Shown here: positions 1 through 9,058 of the stretch, piece by piece
How the letters are laid out: every line of letters starts with the position of its first letter
Numbering within the stretch: the stretch's first letter is position 1
NCBI GenBank assembly: GCA_016839445.1
Contig: JAEOUG010000045.1
Location: 1-21,654, forward strand
DNA: 21,654 nucleotides
Source of the DNA: Candidatus Thorarchaeota archaeon
GTDB taxonomy: Archaea; Asgardarchaeota; Thorarchaeia; Thorarchaeales; Thorarchaeaceae
Direction: 5' to 3'
The notes under the pieces: model-generated
Told to the model about the DNA's origin: nothing
Databases searched by the model: none
What the model saw: only the letters and a program-made list of their open reading frames with translations
Position numbers and translations under genes: made by a program

Positions 1-2115
1 ATTCAGATGACAGTCCCTCTTGAGGATGCTGGCCAGACCCTAGAGCTTTCCGAGTCGCACATCACAGTACCTGCGGGCTACGACTCGCCTAACATCACGA
101 CCATACTCGTGAGTCCGAACAACGGAACGACCGTTTCAGGTATTTTCGATATCACCCTCAACATTACCTCTGACTTCGGGCCTGTGAACCTTACCCTTTT
201 CGTTGAAGATCAGATCTACGCCGCCTACAACCACACGACCGTAGGTGCTGGCAACAACTGGACTCAGGTCTGCACTGTTGATACGACGTCACTTGCTGAA
301 GGTATGCTGAACTTCACTGTGCTTCTAGAGCACCTTGCGGAGATGGAGACAATGTACCTCCTCTACTTCGTCGATAATGTGTCGCCGAACTTCACCATCG
401 AGCTGCAGAGTCCCGCCAACCAAACCACAATCACTGGAGTCATCAGCCTAGACTTGAACATAACATCGGACTACGGCCAGTTCGATGTGACTGTTCTTGT
501 AGATGGAGAGGCGTATGCGCCATACAACCCGGGAGTCATCGGGACCGGAGAGGTGAGCCTCATCATCGACACCAGCAACTTCTGGGAGGGCTGGAACAAC
601 TTCACCATAGTCTTTGACTACGATGTCCTTGAGACTCAGTTCAGCTATGCAATGTACATTGAGTATCGCGTCGACAATGACGGCAAGCCCATAAGCATCG
701 ACCACCAGTCACCAGCCAACGCAACCAGCGTTGCGGGAACCTTTGACCTGGTGCTCCTGATTGGTTCAGATTACGAGCCACTAAACTTCACCCTCTTCGT
801 TGAAGGACAGATCTTCCCCGCCTACAACGATTCCCTCATCGGCATCCGTGAGCAGACTGTTCCAATTGACACAACCGGACTGGACGAAGGCTTCCTCAAC
901 TTCACAATCCTCCTGGAGTACAATGTGACTGGAGAGGATGCGAGTGCAGTCTATACTCTCGTGTTTGATGTGAACAATCACGGTGCTCCGATAGTTGTCA
1001 TCCTTTCACCTGCACAGGATGAAACCGTCACTGGAGTCTTCGATCTGTACCTGAACATCACGTCAACGTTTCCAGACCTCTTCCTGAACGTCACGATTGA
1101 CGGCGAAATCACGCAGGAGTTCAACAGCACAGCAATTCTGCCGGGTGCGGAGTACTACTCAATAAACTCAAGCAGATATGAGAACGGTGACTACACCCTT
1201 GGTATCGTCGCCTTCACTGGAGAAGGTGAGTCATTCACAACCAGTGTTGACGTAGTATTCTTGGACCACATCAAACTGTACTTCACCGGCATTCTTGCGT
1301 ATGAGGCCATTTCTGGAGAAGAGGCCGAGATCGGGGTCAGAGTCGAAACGCCGTACGAGAATGTGACAGTGAGTCTGTACATCAACCGCGTTCTTGCAGA
1401 AGATGCTGTCAATGTCACCCTGCACCCTGGATCGAACACCATTGTGTTCAACAGCACTGTGTTTGGAGAGGGCGAGAGCAATGTCACCATCAGGGGATAT
1501 GACCTGTTTGGCCATGTCTTCCAGAGAAACATCATCCTCATAATCGACAACAAGGGAGCTCCAACTCTCCGCTTCCAGACAACAGCCGCTGTGGTTACAG
1601 GAAGCGCTCGTTTCGTCATCACGGTTGAGAGTGATTGGGACACACTGAACATCACAATATCCATCGATGATGACATCGTACCTCAGTACAATGCTACCAT
1701 CGAAGATGTCAGCTCTGGAGAGTTCGTCTTCATCATTGATGTCGGAGCCTACAGCAAGGATGAACACACAGTGAAGGTTGTGATGATCACAGAAGAGGGC
1801 GATTCGACAGAGATCTCAAGGGTGTTTGGCTTCGCCACAATCAGGATTGAAGAAGTCATAAGCATGGGTATCATCGTGGTCCTCGCATTCATCATTCCGG
1901 TGTCAAGATGGAGAAGGGGGCAGAGCATCAAGCCGGTGATTCTTGCTGATGCCATCTTCTTGCTGGCAGTCGCGGGGCTGTTCCTCGTACTCGGAATCAA
2001 CACAGTCGCGTTCCTGACATGGCACATCAATCTGGCAAGCATCTGGGCCATCGGCGGATCGCTCGTATTCGCCAACTGGGTAATCCCGTTCCTACTAGAG
2101 GAAGAGGTTGAGTAG
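1..2115 (+). CDS. Cell-surface glycoprotein with about 6 tandem Ig-like (Big-type) repeats and 3 C-terminal TM helices; probably 5'-truncated
   Basis: The frame is open from base 1 (ATT CAG ATG) and shows no signal peptide. It has ~97-aa repeats (SPxNxTxxxG...LNITSD...IDT...EG..NFT...VDN), about 27 N-x-S/T sequons by manual count, and hydrophobic segments in the last ~90 aa. Confidence 0.75.
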   Translation: MQMTVPLEDAGQTLELSESHITVPAGYDSPNITTILVSPNNGTTVSGIFDITLNITSDFGPVNLTLFVEDQIYAAYNHTTVGAGNNWTQVCTVDTTSLAEGMLNFTVLLEHLAEMETMYLLYFVDNVSPNFTIELQSPANQTTITGVISLDLNITSDYGQFDVTVLVDGEAYAPYNPGVIGTGEVSLIIDTSNFWEGWNNFTIVFDYDVLETQFSYAMYIEYRVDNDGKPISIDHQSPANATSVAGTFDLVLLIGSDYEPLNFTLFVEGQIFPAYNDSLIGIREQTVPIDTTGLDEGFLNFTILLEYNVTGEDASAVYTLVFDVNNHGAPIVVILSPAQDETVTGVFDLYLNITSTFPDLFLNVTIDGEITQEFNSTAILPGAEYYSINSSRYENGDYTLGIVAFTGEGESFTTSVDVVFLDHIKLYFTGILAYEAISGEEAEIGVRVETPYENVTVSLYINRVLAEDAVNVTLHPGSNTIVFNSTVFGEGESNVTIRGYDLFGHVFQRNIILIIDNKGAPTLRFQTTAAVVTGSARFVITVESDWDTLNITISIDDDIVPQYNATIEDVSSGEFVFIIDVGAYSKDEHTVKVVMITEEGDSTEISRVFGFATIRIEEVISMGIIVVLAFIIPVSRWRRGQSIKPVILADAIFLLAVAGLFLVLGINTVAFLTWHINLASIWAIGGSLVFANWVIPFLLEEEVE
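88..1840 (+). repeat. About six degenerate ~290-nt intragenic repeats encoding Ig-like domains
   Basis: Units begin PNITTILVSP, PNFTIELQSP, KPISIDHQSP, APIVVILSP, IKLYFTG and APTLRFQT. Most end in VDN/VNN/IDN. Confidence 0.7.
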
Positions 2116-2118
2116 TCC

Positions 2119-2979
2119 CTAGAGCAGCCGAGTCACAGGAATATCAGTGGAGTCCTCAGAAGTCCACTTCCCCAGCTTCAAGTAGTGGGAAAGCTGACCC
2201 TTGGGAATGGTGGTTCTGGCAGTCTTGGCCTTGAGTTTGAGTCCTGCCTTTGCAGTCCTCGATATCACCGAGTCAGATAGGTCCATCCCTCTCTTCGTCA
2301 CATCGGCAACAAAGAGGGATTCACTCTTTGCGCCAAGTGAGAAGGCGCCCACACCGACAAGCTTGTTCTCTGATGTGAACTCAAGGAGCACTCCCTTGAC
2401 TGCACCGTCAACAATGGATCCTGCTACCTCACCAAGTAAACCAGGGTATGAAATGTTGGAGAAGCGCATCGATTTGGGTATCTTCGACTCAGGGGCAACT
2501 CTTACCGTCTTCACTGCCCGAGTAGGTCGATCAGGCACTTGGGAGATTGACTTCTTGATGTTCAGGATTGACCCTCTAGCGAAGTAGCCAACTTTCATCC
2601 AGTAGTTGTATGCAGCCGGAGGCGTTGTTGCCACAACCCTGGCTACTCGCTTCTTGCGCATTACTTCCTCGGCCGCTCGCGTTAGGTGAGTGCCAATCTC
2701 AGACTTCTGATACCTTACGTCTATGTCCAGATTCCGGATGACCCCAATCTTCCCGTTTGGATTCTTCTCAGCACGGAAGACTACTTCTCCTACAACTCGA
2801 CCATCCTGCTCTGCTACCAGCCAGCCCCATCTCTCGAAGACAGCTCCTCTGTGCTCATCTTTGACTTGCTCTACAGTTGTGTACCCGCCCGCTCTCTGCC
2901 TGTAGAACCATCGGGTTCCTTGATACACCTCAAGTAGATCACTGCAGTCCTTCATTGCTCCGTTGCGTATAGTGACCAT
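2119..2979 (-). CDS. GNAT family N-acetyltransferase with an extra, possibly degenerate GNAT-like C-terminal domain
   Basis: N-terminal IRNG..KD...L, WLVAEQDGRVVG, motif A-like LDIDVRYQKSEIGTHL, and motif B-like AYNYWMKVGY. Confidence 0.75.
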   Translation of the reverse strand: MVTIRNGAMKDCSDLLEVYQGTRWFYRQRAGGYTTVEQVKDEHRGAVFERWGWLVAEQDGRVVGEVVFRAEKNPNGKIGVIRNLDIDVRYQKSEIGTHLTRAAEEVMRKKRVARVVATTPPAAYNYWMKVGYFARGSILNIKKSISQVPDRPTRAVKTVRVAPESKIPKSMRFSNISYPGLLGEVAGSIVDGAVKGVLLEFTSENKLVGVGAFSLGAKSESLFVADVTKRGMDLSDSVISRTAKAGLKLKAKTARTTIPKGQLSHYLKLGKWTSEDSTDIPVTRLL

Positions 2980-3048
2980 TCTCAGACGCCTCTAGCAGAG
3001 TCGAGATAGTCCTCTCAAGGCATCCAAGATAAAGCCGTGTAACACACA

Positions 3049-3981
3049 TCAATGAGCCTTAGACTCGATGTCAGTCACAAGGTCAAGGCAGAGTTCACAC
3101 AGACTTGCTGCATCTGCGCCAAACAGATAGAGAATCGGCTCCACTCCGATACCACCAGGAATACAGACAGCAGGATTCTTCGTCTTTCTAGCAAGACCCC
3201 GATGATTCTGAATCTCTGATGCTATCTCGACAGGGTCAACAGCCGGCTGTCTAAGGCGAATCACGCTGAAGCCCGTCCGCTCTGCCGCTCTAACAACCTC
3301 ATCACGTCCGCTCACACACAAACATGACCGCACGGATGGCCACCTCGCGATTGCATGTAGGAGTAGCTGAGCCGTGTGACGCGAGGCGCCGAACTGGGGC
3401 GGAAGAGGGGCTCTCGGGCGTCCGTTGACCATCGTTATTCTGCCAGGGACTCCTGCTACGTCCTCAACAGACTTCGCGCCAGAGCCACAGGTGACCAGAT
3501 TGGCACGCACCTGCGGCATGACTATGCCAAAGCTCTCAGAGGACTCAAGCATTCTTAGAGCATCCTGAATGTCACGGAGGACAGAAGAGCGGCCTGAAAG
3601 GGAGTCCTCTCGTCCACTCAGGAGTTGAACGCAGATCTGGCAATTGAGAGAACTCAGCGAGGACACTCTCTCCCGATGAAGCTTGCACATACTGCCTCCA
3701 ATTCTCGACTGCATGCATGAGGAGCAAAGCTCCTCAACGATTGCATCAGCTTCAGCCTCAGACGCAATCAGCTCTGCAATCCGGGTAGCTGACTCCTCTA
3801 CAAGAGAGTCCAGTCGTATCTCTCGTTCCTGAGAGAGATACTTGCTTACTGCTGCCTGAGTTATCTCCATCCGCTTCGCAATGTCTGTCTGCGACAGACC
3901 CAAGCTGCTAAGCTTCTTTGCCAGTACCATTCTGAGGTCAGGGAGGAAGTCTCTCTGAACACTCTCACAAGGGGGCCTCAT
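3049..3981 (-). CDS. thiR: ThiR-type thiamine regulator (XRE-like HTH, Cys-rich linker, ThiN-like thiamine-phosphate-synthase domain)
   Basis: MRPPCE start, HTH GLSQTDIAKRMEITQAAVSKYL, and ThiN motifs PQVRANL, DVAGVPGRI, PQFGASRH and GGIGVEP. GGAGG lies upstream of the ATG, and the gene is divergent from thiBPQ. Confidence 0.85.
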   Translation of the reverse strand: MRPPCESVQRDFLPDLRMVLAKKLSSLGLSQTDIAKRMEITQAAVSKYLSQEREIRLDSLVEESATRIAELIASEAEADAIVEELCSSCMQSRIGGSMCKLHRERVSSLSSLNCQICVQLLSGREDSLSGRSSVLRDIQDALRMLESSESFGIVMPQVRANLVTCGSGAKSVEDVAGVPGRITMVNGRPRAPLPPQFGASRHTAQLLLHAIARWPSVRSCLCVSGRDEVVRAAERTGFSVIRLRQPAVDPVEIASEIQNHRGLARKTKNPAVCIPGGIGVEPILYLFGADAASLCELCLDLVTDIESKAH

Positions 3982-4004
3982 ATTCGTCCTCCAGAGCGTG
4001 GATG

Positions 4005-4034
4005 TATAACATAGTTATAAGAACCGTTATAAGA
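4005..4034. promoter_or_regulatory. Divergent thiR/thiB promoter with palindrome TATAAC-ata-GTTATA (candidate ThiR operator) and two TTATAA boxes
   Basis: Perfect 6-3-6 inverted repeat at 4005-4019. GTTATAAGA is directly repeated at 4014-4022 and 4026-4034. Confidence 0.75.
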
Positions 4035-4067
4035 GTGACTGACGACTCACGCTCGAGGACTACATCT

Positions 4068-5189
4068 GTGTCAGACTATCCAGTCAGAAGAGACCCCAGA
4101 AAGATCATCGGCGTGCTTGTCATCGCGGTAGCACTAGTTGTAGCAGGATACTCCGTTGCCACATACTGGAGACCGAGTTTTGTGATCTACACATACGGCT
4201 CATTCATGGACTGGGGCGACGATGGCGCACAGGCGGTCCTAGAAAGAGCATTCGCACCTTTCGAGGAGGAACACGGAATCAGGATCGACTGGCGAATACT
4301 GGACGCGGACGCGAACTTCATAGTCTCAAAGCTAGTGGCAGAGCGAGGTAACCCTGTGGCCGACGTTGTCATTGGCATCGACAACATTCTGATTCTTCAG
4401 GAATCGGCGAAGTCGGTACTGGAACCGTACGAGTCACCTATGCTTGAGTACGTCAATGAGACTCTAGTTGAACTCCTCGATCCAGATCACTATCTGACAC
4501 CTTTTGATTTCGGCTTCATCACAACGATCTACACAAAGGATACTATCAACACGACAACCAATCCGGAACTGGCGTATCTTACCTTCGAAGATCTCGCAAC
4601 ACCAGAGCTGTCCTCGGCCCTAGTGACAGAGGACCCCCGATTCAGCAGTCCGGGCCTCTCGTTTCTCCTGAGCCAAATCGCAGTGTATGAGGGGATACTG
4701 GAAGAGGACTGGACAACTTGGTGGGAGGAGGTTGCAGATGAAATTGATGTGGAACAGGGTTGGAGTGAGGCATGGGAGTCGTGGAACACCAATCCAACGA
4801 AGCACCTTCTTGTGAGCTACGGAACAGACCCGGCCTATTCAGCACACTACTCGGGCACAGCTCCAGATACCGCAGTGGCCCCCTTCTACTATGATGGAAA
4901 ACACTGGGCATGGATGCAGGTCGAAGGGATGGGTTTGGTCAAGAATGGCCCCCACCCCGAACTGGCTAAGGCCTTCATCGACTACTGCCTAAACGAAACA
5001 GTCCAGCAAGAGATAGCACTGAATCAGTGGGTCTATCCCGCCAGATCGGACGTCCCTCTGCCGGGTGTCTACCAATACGCTCTTGACCCCAACAACATCA
5101 CACTGCTCAACACTCTTCTGACCAGAACCCAGATCGCAGAGAATCTTGAGTCCTGGCTAGACCAGTGGGAGCTTACGAGAACGCTCTGA
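4068..5189 (+). CDS. thiB: Thiamine ABC transporter substrate-binding protein (TM-anchored)
   Basis: Motifs IYTYGSF, ADVVIGIDN, DPRFSSPG, GWSEAW, SYGTDPAY and QVEG, plus an N-terminal TM anchor. Start moved to GTG 4068 (GAGG at 4055-4058) because ATG 4002 lies inside the promoter. Confidence 0.88.
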   Translation: MSDYPVRRDPRKIIGVLVIAVALVVAGYSVATYWRPSFVIYTYGSFMDWGDDGAQAVLERAFAPFEEEHGIRIDWRILDADANFIVSKLVAERGNPVADVVIGIDNILILQESAKSVLEPYESPMLEYVNETLVELLDPDHYLTPFDFGFITTIYTKDTINTTTNPELAYLTFEDLATPELSSALVTEDPRFSSPGLSFLLSQIAVYEGILEEDWTTWWEEVADEIDVEQGWSEAWESWNTNPTKHLLVSYGTDPAYSAHYSGTAPDTAVAPFYYDGKHWAWMQVEGMGLVKNGPHPELAKAFIDYCLNETVQQEIALNQWVYPARSDVPLPGVYQYALDPNNITLLNTLLTRTQIAENLESWLDQWELTRTL

Positions 5190-5202
5190 GCGAGGCCTAA
5201 TC

Positions 5203-6843
5203 ATGCATTTCAGTAGGGAGCAATTCATACTAGCTGTTCCGTTGCTCCTTCTTGCCGTCTTCATACTCTATCCAGTCCTTTCCGTGGTTGTATCTGGGCT
5301 CTTGGGGCTAACTGCATCAGATGCACTGGACTTCATCTCATCCCCTCTCACGCAGTTCACGGTTTCCTTCACGTTCAATCAAGCCATACTCAGCACTCTG
5401 ATGACATTAGCAGTAGGTTTGCCGGGGGGACTCATTCTCGGGAAGCTTCGTTTCAGAGGAAGGTCAGTAGTACGCGCATTGCTTATTGTCCCGTTCGTCC
5501 TACCTCCCATTGTCGTGGTCGTAGGATTCATGCAGATGTTCGGTGAGTATGGCATCTTCGACACTATTCTAATGGTCATAACTGGCTCGGAGACCTCTGT
5601 GCTCAATCTAGCTACAGGCATCCCGGGAATTGTCCTCGCACACACATTTTACAATGCCCCATTGGTGATGCTTCTTGTAGCGGCATCCATGGAGCGACTT
5701 AACCCGGAGGTAGAGGAGTCTGCAGAGCTCCTCGGTGCCAGCTCGCTCCAGAAATTCAGGAGGATTACTCTCCCCCACATTCTTCCTTCGGTTGCCGCAG
5801 CCGGGGTTCTCACGTTTCTCTTCTGCTTTATGTCCTTCCCAATAGTCCTGGCTCTTGGCGAAGGCAGACTGAGAACAATCGAGTACAGGATATGGGACGC
5901 GTTTCGAACAGCCCACTATGGTGACGCCAGCCTCCTTGTGGTGCTTCAGATTGCAGTAACTTTTGTCCTCGCTGCCGCGTACATGCGAGCCGGCAGACAA
6001 TCTCAAGACTCTGAAACCGCAACAACCTCTGTGAAGAGAGTGCGCTTCGGTGATTTCTCTCCAGCCATCAGGTTTGGCATTCTAGCGTATCTTGTTCTGA
6101 TGCTCATACTCGTGGCGGGGCCTATAGCGTCGATCGTGAGAGCTGCTGTGTATGACCCAATCACGAGGAGCTATACCCTCGATGGCCTAGTCTACCTTGC
6201 TACTCCAGGAAGCAGCGGAGGTCTCCTACCACTAGTCAACTCCCTCTTCTATGCAGGTCTCTCAACGATTTTCGCCGTGGCCCTAGGAATTCCTCTTGCA
6301 TATGCCCACAGAACGAAATCCAGGGCCCTTCCCAGTCTCTCTTCAGGGATGATGCTACTTCCTCTGGGCATATCATCCATCACAATTGCCTATGGCCTCA
6401 TGAGAGTAATCGCAGTCCCCACTGGACTTAACATCAATCCATGGCCACTAATCGTTGTAGCCCAGACGGTTATCGGCTTACCATTCAGTGCAAGGTCAAT
6501 TGAGATATCTCTCAGAAGCATTGACCCTGAAGTGCTTGAGCAAGCCGACTCGCTCGGTGCATCTCGGCTTCAGCGGCTCTTCTTCGTTGAACTACCTCTT
6601 CTCGCACCAGGAATACTGGTCGGAGCGGTGTTTGCCTTTGCCATGGCTATCGGTGAGATGTCAGCGACACTCCTCATAGCATCACCCGAGAACTACACTC
6701 TTGCAGTGGCGATTGCACACAACCTCGGCGGTCGTGACTATGTCTGGGCAGGTGCCTCGGCCCTTCTTCTAGTGGCCGTCTGTGTCGCTGCGTTTCTCTT
6801 AATAGAGAGGCTTTCAGAAGGTGCAGCTGGAGGTGCCCTCTGA
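5203..6843 (+). CDS. thiP: Thiamine ABC transporter permease (duplicated TMD)
   Basis: About 12 TM helices and two EAA loops (EESAELLGAS, EQADSLGAS). Lies between thiB and the ATPase. Confidence 0.88.
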   Translation: MHFSREQFILAVPLLLLAVFILYPVLSVVVSGLLGLTASDALDFISSPLTQFTVSFTFNQAILSTLMTLAVGLPGGLILGKLRFRGRSVVRALLIVPFVLPPIVVVVGFMQMFGEYGIFDTILMVITGSETSVLNLATGIPGIVLAHTFYNAPLVMLLVAASMERLNPEVEESAELLGASSLQKFRRITLPHILPSVAAAGVLTFLFCFMSFPIVLALGEGRLRTIEYRIWDAFRTAHYGDASLLVVLQIAVTFVLAAAYMRAGRQSQDSETATTSVKRVRFGDFSPAIRFGILAYLVLMLILVAGPIASIVRAAVYDPITRSYTLDGLVYLATPGSSGGLLPLVNSLFYAGLSTIFAVALGIPLAYAHRTKSRALPSLSSGMMLLPLGISSITIAYGLMRVIAVPTGLNINPWPLIVVAQTVIGLPFSARSIEISLRSIDPEVLEQADSLGASRLQRLFFVELPLLAPGILVGAVFAFAMAIGEMSATLLIASPENYTLAVAIAHNLGGRDYVWAGASALLLVAVCVAAFLLIERLSEGAAGGAL

Positions 6844-7907
6844 TGGTCAAAGTCGTTCTCAAGGGTCTCATCAGACGGTTTGCAGATGACACTGTAGTTG
6901 GCCCCATAGATCTGCAGATTGAGGATGGCGAACTCGTCTCCCTGCTTGGACCCTCGGGCTCGGGCAAGACGACAACTCTGAAGATGATAGCAGGCTTCAT
7001 CGAGCTGGACGAGGGGAGTGTTCTCTTTGACGGCGTAAACATTGCCAGTGTTCCACCTCGGCTCAGAGAGATTGGCATGGTTCACCAATCGACAGCACTA
7101 TTCCCAAACATGACGGTATACCAGAACATCTCCTTTGGCCCTGAGATGGCGAGATGGTCTAGGGAGAAAACCATCAAGAGAGTAGAGGAGTTGGCCGATC
7201 TCCTTGACATCAGACAGCTTCTCATGAGGAAGATTAGTGAGATATCTGGGGGTGAGGCGCAGAGGGTTGCGCTCGCAAGAGCTCTGGCCAAGGGTCCAAA
7301 GCTACTCCTTCTTGACGAGCCACTCTCCGCCTTGGACCCGCAGTTGAGAGAACGGTTACAGATGGAAATACGCAAGATCCAGCGAAAAGTGGGGATAACG
7401 ACAATATACGTTACACACAGCCAAGACGAAGCCTTTGCCATATCGGATCGTGTGGCCATCCTTCAGGATGGTGTCATCGCACAAATAGGATCTCCGGAGG
7501 AGCTCTATGATAATCCCTCCTCAGAGTTTGTGGCAAGGTTCCTTGGGAGCGGGAATGTGTTCACTGCCACTGTTGATTCAAGTGACGGGAAGAAGACAAC
7601 AATCACGATACATGGGAAGAAGTTCAAGATCCGAGAGCAGGATTGCCCATCAGACAGAGAGATACGAGTGAGTGTCAAGCCAGAGGACATCACCATAGGT
7701 CAGGTTCCTGACGGAGCCTCGATTACCGCAAGAGTAGTTAGCGTAACACCACAGGTTGGCTCCTACAGGATTCTTCTTAGTGTGGACGGGTCCACGGTTG
7801 TGGCGCTTACCTACGATGAGGACCTTGTCAGGAAGCTACGAGACTCCCCTGATGACCCAGTGTCACTCAGCTTCCGGGACAGCGACATCGTCATCCTCAA
7901 CGGCTGA
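6843..7907 (+). CDS. thiQ: ABC transporter ATP-binding protein with a TOBE-like C-terminus
   Basis: Walker A GPSGSGKT, signature ISGGEAQR, Walker B LLLLDEP and H-loop YVTH. TGATG stop/start overlap with thiP. Confidence 0.88.
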   Translation: MVKVVLKGLIRRFADDTVVGPIDLQIEDGELVSLLGPSGSGKTTTLKMIAGFIELDEGSVLFDGVNIASVPPRLREIGMVHQSTALFPNMTVYQNISFGPEMARWSREKTIKRVEELADLLDIRQLLMRKISEISGGEAQRVALARALAKGPKLLLLDEPLSALDPQLRERLQMEIRKIQRKVGITTIYVTHSQDEAFAISDRVAILQDGVIAQIGSPEELYDNPSSEFVARFLGSGNVFTATVDSSDGKKTTITIHGKKFKIREQDCPSDREIRVSVKPEDITIGQVPDGASITARVVSVTPQVGSYRILLSVDGSTVVALTYDEDLVRKLRDSPDDPVSLSFRDSDIVILNG

Positions 7908-8861
7908 TGCTTCTCGAACCTCAGGCAACGGAGGAGCCGCTGCCGGGGAAAGAATCTCTCGATCAATCACTGAAATAACCCGGTTTCGGATGTAGTCTCG
8001 ACTAGTTATCATGTCAGGGACATCTCGTTCGCGACTCAGGTAGTCCATCATCGAATTCGTGATTCTGTTCTTGAACAGCATGAAGACCAGAGTGAAGTTG
8101 AGTACTATAGAGAACAGAGGACCCAATGGAACCAAGATCACGAAGACCGGGAGCCAAGGTGCCTCGAGACCTGCGTTAATCGTGAGCTCCAGCCAGACCA
8201 AGATTATGTCAACACCTGCAAAGAATTCAAGGATGTCTTCAAGGTCATCTCCGACATTGCTCAGAGACCGGTCCTTCTCATCTAGGTGGAACAGACCCGC
8301 GTCCTTGACTACCCAAGGGCCATAGTAGAACTGCATGAGTGTGATCGGCAGAACGATGACACTAATGATCATGACAAAAGTTCCGACGTTGATGATGTCC
8401 AACGTCTCTACGACAGCCATCATGTCGAAACTTATCACAGTGAGCGCTATACCGACGACCAAGATGGAACCATACAAAGAACGACGCAAGACAGACGACC
8501 AATTCTGTTCAGTCGGTTCGGGACTTAGGAAGTACTCTCCGGTTCCGCGCTTGGCGGCCCGGTGGATACGTAATGCCACGTTTACAGATTTGGGATAACG
8601 GACAATCAACAGGCATAGAGCAAGCGCGATCACCGTGGCAACGAGAGAACCCAGCAACATCGCAATCGTGTAAGGCTCAATCTGCGCAGCTGTCACAGAG
8701 GTCACACCAGCAATCGAAAGGAGCCCAAGCAAGCCCCAAGTTGACCCGACTAGAAGAAGCGTTGAACCGATAAGGCCAAGGAGAACTCTCATAATACCAA
8801 GTCGCTTTCCCGATTCTGCTTGAGAAGAGAGACTGCGAACCAGTGTCGAATGCTCGCTCAT
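7863..8861 (-). CDS. Uncharacterised polytopic membrane protein (about 6 TM)
   Basis: 332-aa ORF with several hydrophobic helices and a YGPWVVKDAGL motif. Its 3' end overlaps thiQ by 45 nt. Confidence 0.7.
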   Translation of the reverse strand: MSEHSTLVRSLSSQAESGKRLGIMRVLLGLIGSTLLLVGSTWGLLGLLSIAGVTSVTAAQIEPYTIAMLLGSLVATVIALALCLLIVRYPKSVNVALRIHRAAKRGTGEYFLSPEPTEQNWSSVLRRSLYGSILVVGIALTVISFDMMAVVETLDIINVGTFVMIISVIVLPITLMQFYYGPWVVKDAGLFHLDEKDRSLSNVGDDLEDILEFFAGVDIILVWLELTINAGLEAPWLPVFVILVPLGPLFSIVLNFTLVFMLFKNRITNSMMDYLSRERDVPDMITSRDYIRNRVISVIDREILSPAAAPPLPEVREASAVEDDDVAVPEAE

Positions 8862-9058
8862 CGTGGGCCACCGAATCCCATTGCCTGAAGTGCCTCATAA
8901 GACTTGCCTGCACGCTTCACTGGATTGTATCTAACACAATAACAATCATATAGCACAAAACGGCAATCTGTACGCTGGCTACATGCCAAACTGAAGACAG
9001 TGGCATGATAGTCTCAGCAGCACAACAGGGCTGGTTAACGGCAGCGTAGTGATTGACA

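Noticed and set aside
4002-4067. Track start of thiB at ATG 4002
   Set aside because: It overlaps the TATA boxes and operator only 20 nt from the thiR start. GTG 4068 has an RBS.
3982-4067. TPP riboswitch upstream of thiB
   Set aside because: The spacer is too short and lacks the CUGAGA core. ThiR explains the regulation.
8974-9018. SECIS element or selenoprotein
   Set aside because: The AA bulge and ministem resemble a SECIS apex, but there is no AUGA/GA core. No in-frame TGA replaces a Cys in any ORF, and the Fe-S and C_GCAxxG motifs are intact.
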